A model generated the notes under the pieces. That model did no database searches. It saw only the letters and a list, made by a program, of their open reading frames with translations, and was not told where the DNA came from. A stretch of 64,000 nucleotides of DNA from Tubiluchus corallicola (Eukaryota; Animalia; Priapulida). Made by a program: the position numbers and the translations under genes. Numbering within the stretch: the stretch's first letter is position 1; each line of letters opens with the position of its first letter. The stretch is from positions 186,001 through 250,000 of the forward strand of contig JAQGDQ010000080.1 in assembly GCA_030141605.1 (NCBI GenBank), in the 5' to 3' direction. Shown in pieces: positions 60,050-64,000 of this stretch.

Positions 60050-60406
60050 AAACACAGGTTATCCTACACAGAGAAATATTGAAATTGTATAATAATGAAT
60101 TCGTATTATATAAAGAACTGACGTTCCCATAACCTATACAATATTGACACAGGTTGTTCTACAAAGAGAAAGATTGAAATTGCACAATATTGAATTCGTA
60201 TTATATAAAGAAATGAAGTTGCCTTAGTCTACACAATATTGTCACGCCATATCAACAGACACAAGGCCAGTGTCAGTTTCAAGACATGATAAATGAAAAC
60301 ACGTATTATACGAAGAAATGAAGTTGCCTTAGTCTACACAATATTGTCACGCCATATCAACGGACACAAGGCCTGTGTCAGTTTCAAGACATGATAAATG
60401 AAAACG
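60050..60406. repeat. Compound ~95-105-bp tandem duplication
   Basis: ACACAGGTT..CTACA.AGAGAAA.ATTGAAATTG...GAATTCGTATTATATAAAGAA occurs twice. AAGAAATGAAGTTGCCTTAGTCTACACAATATTGTCACGCCATATCAAC...GATAAATGAAAAC then also occurs twice. Confidence 0.85.
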
Positions 60407-61136
60407 TTCACTTTCAAACATTCTTCAAAGCTAAATAAGCTAATATATTGATCAGGCATTGCTAGCATGTCGAACTGTGCACGGTTGATGGTATTAAAAT
60501 TTTGAGAAAAATTTTATTTGAGACTGCAAAGTAGGCCTAAATATGAAACTGAATTTATCAACGCCCATTCACTCCTTAATGGCTGAAGTCGCTGATGTCA
60601 GATGGCTTAATTTGCCAAAATCTTAACTGATACTTACATAGTGTGGCCATTTAATAGAATTAATGTTAACCTAAAGATTTAGTTTTTTTGTGCCTTTCAA
60701 AAAAAAAGAAAATCATTCTTTGTCGATCTTTCGATATACAGAACCGATTATAGAACATTCATTGATGAGTAAGTAAGCGTTTTGTGTTAGAATCAGTTTC
60801 TCAAGCCTTAATGCATCATGTGTGTTTTCAATAACAAAGCGAAGTAAGTTTAAATCATTTTCCACAAAAGGTTTATTTTGTGTGAGATAGATGTTATTAC
60901 TGTAAACTCACAGTGTTAATATAGATACGTACAAATTCTATAAAATATCAATAATGACATTTTGGGAAGAATGATGAATTTTTGAAATATTGTACAGTGT
61001 ACACACACAATGAGTAAACCAGCTAACTGGCAACTTAAATAATACTTAATCATTTCAGTTTTCCAAAATTATTTGAAATTGCGATTTCTTGAATTTTTGA
61101 CAATCCGAAAGATCCGACATCTATTTTTTATAATTA

Positions 61137-62768
61137 CTATGCTTCAGTTTCCGTCATAGTTACTGTATCGTGCCTTGTAGCACCGGTAAATGTTCTTGGA
61201 AACATAGGAGTAACTTTCTGAACTCGTTTTGGACAAATAATCTGCAAATAGGACTCCCGAAATCGATTGTTTGTGGCTCCATAAAGGATAAAATTGATTC
61301 CGCTACTGGTAAAGTGTGCAACTTCTATTGATATGGCGTGCCAAATTTTTGGCGCTCGATCATAGATATCAAAAACGACAGTAAATGCGTAAGAACCCCA
61401 ACAAACAAAGAATACGATGAAAATGAGAAAGAGCGTCCTTGCTAAACGGATTTCTTCTCGCTGAGCTTTTGCACTAGCTACAAGTTCCTTTTTACCTGAT
61501 TGCAGATTTTCCAATAATTGCCTTTTCTTCGCTCTCACATATCTGAAACCATGATAATTCATTTCTTAACAACATGCGGTTAGACTTCTATAATAAAAGT
61601 ATTAGTTCCTAGAAAGCCATTCAGCGGCGCGTACTAGGTCTCTTGTTGTAATAAAACAGCTAATAGTGGTGTTAAAAATTCCACAAATGTAACATTTGAT
61701 GTAAGCAGCTAATGTAAGCCGCTCATTAACGAATCACATCGATACTCTTCTGGATGGTGTTATTGTTCTTATTATTGTTTATGGAGATGACCTAAGGCTC
61801 CGTGAATTCTCATGGATTGTCAGGAGACTTCAAACGAATATACTAGAACGAATTCCGCATCGAATGACGGAGTCGACTTCTCGATCCGCATTTTGAATTC
61901 AAGATTTCATGAATTCTTTATAGGTCTTATAGGAATATACTAGAACGAATTCCGCATCGACGGAGTCAAATTTTCGATTCGCCATCTTTAAGTAAAGGTG
62001 TCCAAAAAGATTATTTGCAAAAAAAGTTTAAGGTACCGTCAATTTCCAAAGGATCATCATAAAATTGTTATACAAATATACTAGCGCAAATTCCACTTCG
62101 ATTGGCAGAGCTTGTTTTTGAACTGCCATCTTGAATTATTGATAGTAGCAATAACATCATATTCCAAATAGTTTATAAACCATTTTCGAGAAAAAGTCTA
62201 AGGCTCCACCAATTCGCAACTGATTGTCATAAAGCTGTACAGTGTACAGGAGTATATTGTAGCGAATTCTGCATCGACTGACAGAGTGGGATTTTCGATT
62301 TGCCGCTAGAATTCAAGATGGCGGCATTGACGTCATTTCTAACCGATGACTTTCAGTTCAGCGAATCACTCGATCAATAACAGTTCGAGTTCAACTTGTT
62401 TGTCAGGATTAAGATTTAATTCTGCTATTTAACACCAGAGAGTTTCATATCGCGTTAGCGCTGGGATACCGTATATTATGTTCTAACAGTGGCAAAATAC
62501 TTACAGGAAGATGTTGAGGTAACAGAAGAAGACAACTGCAGCAGGTATAAATACTGATGTTACAGCGAAGAAAACTGTGTAGGAATACGTGTGTAGTCTA
62601 TCGTACAGGCAAATCATAGCTTTTTCATCGTAGCCGTTACCACCCCATCCAAACATGGTAGGCATATCAATAAGGATACTGGCTACCCAGATAGCGATGC
62701 ACAGAACAGTTACGCTCCTCCAGGTAAAAATGTACATGTAGATATGGTGTTTGCAAAGTGCTACATAC
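61137..62768 (-). CDS. Rhodopsin-class GPCR, melatonin-receptor/Moody/Tre1-like, last two exons (TM3 end to C-terminus); 5' exons not found in window
   Basis: Exon 62768-62505: (R)YVALCKHHIYMYIFT...IW...DMPTMFGWGGNGYDEKAMICLYDR...YTVFF...IPAAVVFFCYLNIF. Exon 61542-61137: YVR...EIRLARTLFLIFIVFFVCWGSY...NFILYGATNNRFRESY...stop. The phase-2 join is in frame. Confidence 0.85.
61830..62330. repeat. Degenerate tandem repeat in GPCR intron
   Basis: About four copies of ATATACTAG..CGAATTCCGCATCGA..CGGAGTC...TTCGAT.CGCCAT.TTGAATT. Confidence 0.7.
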
Positions 62769-64000
62769 CTGAACAAGATAAGGGAAATGTACCAAATTTA
62801 AAAATTTGAGAACATATAAAAGTGATTTTGCATATATAATCAAGACACTTGATATGTAAACTGAAGTACGGAATTAAGAATTTCCTCATGTAGCGCAAGA
62901 ACAATTATTTTTGCAGTTTTGACCACAGTTCGGCACACTTCAAGACGAGACACTTAACGGGCAGAGTATGCATGATGCATCCTTTTTCAGAACATGATGC
63001 ATCCCCGTAAAATCAGAATGACGAAAGAAAGCGCTCTGAGCAAAAAGTGTAAATCCAAACAGTCGTAAACCATTTGACGTGACTTCTCTCGGTTATTTAG
63101 CTCGCTGAAACGCTTATCCCTGATAACTGTTTTGTTTGGTTCCAGTATCATATTTTGAAGTAGAATAGACTCATAATGCTTATTTAATCTTTCATGTGTC
63201 CGTAGATTATGTTATAAAATGTTATAGTTATTTGCTGCCTTGCCAAAGTTTATATATGCTTTCCAATAATAAAAGTCAGTATAATGCGAGTGTGTTGATT
63301 AAGGTGTGGATGTCCTGAAAATATACTCTCAAGAAAATAAACATTGCGTCGATAGAAGCTACTGCTGTAATTACAAAGAATTTAGTGGCGAGATAATATA
63401 CGAATGAGTTTAAGGTACAGTACTAGTTACAGGGTGTATGGCAGAATCAAAGTCACGATGGCCGCGGTGTGTTTGCTGGATTCCGGATTGCAATGAGCCG
63501 AAGTGTCTAAAAACATTTAGAAGGCTTGTAAACTTATAAAATTATTTTATAAATATGAAAATCAATGTTATGATACTTTAAGGAAATATTAGGAAACGTT
63601 AATGTTTTTGTGAGCCTTGCTTATGTTTGCAAATCATGTTTTTGTGTTACGTAAACAAAGCAATATTAACTATTGAACATAAAATGGATAAAATGGAGAC
63701 ATGTAAATTTGATCGCTAAAGATGTATTTTATGGACTATGCTCGGTATTTCTGTTTCCATTTAAGGGCTAATCATGTGGATTTTCCACAGTTATGTGGAG
63801 CCATTTCAGCGTTTATAAGGGTACTGTAGCTTTTTTAGCGGCTTCTTACATTTTTCTGCCCTGTTTGCTTAAAATCAGAACCACACTTTCCTAATAATAA
63901 GGTCTAGTTTTTTTAAATACAAATCCTATTTTTGTTAATTCAGCTACCAAGGATGTTATTATGGTGAGTGATGCAAGTTATTCAGATGATTCACTCAGGT

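Overview
AT-rich animal genomic DNA, probably from a marine invertebrate (inference), with spliceosomal introns throughout and no prokaryotic features. The + strand carries a multi-exon kinesin-4 gene of the KIF27/KIF7 (Costal2) group. Its 5' end is outside the window and its stop is at 45420. Its motor domain is split by a 26.7-kb intron (3414-30162). Nested antisense in that intron is a tandem cluster of four paralogous genes (A-D) for secreted EF-hand proteins. They share a signal peptide ending just before Cys-Gly-(Trp/Gly), an (N)NRxxLLxxS/NxYD-EF1 motif, a Cys-containing EF2 split by a conserved phase-1 intron, and an FW..C tail. Each paralog carries a different added module: A has a ubiquitin-like domain and a GPI-like tail; B has a Pro-rich segment and probably an intact LINE-ORF1p-like terminal exon; C has a chitin-binding peritrophin-A domain; D has a duplicated EF-hand pair. 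The intron also holds an RT-deleted CR1/L2-type LINE with a 9-bp target-site duplication and MITE-like repeats. Downstream are a 4-exon streptavidin/avidin-like gene (+) and the 3' exons of a melatonin-receptor-like GPCR (-). All gene models were spliced by hand from GT-AG signals and reading frame, with no expression data.
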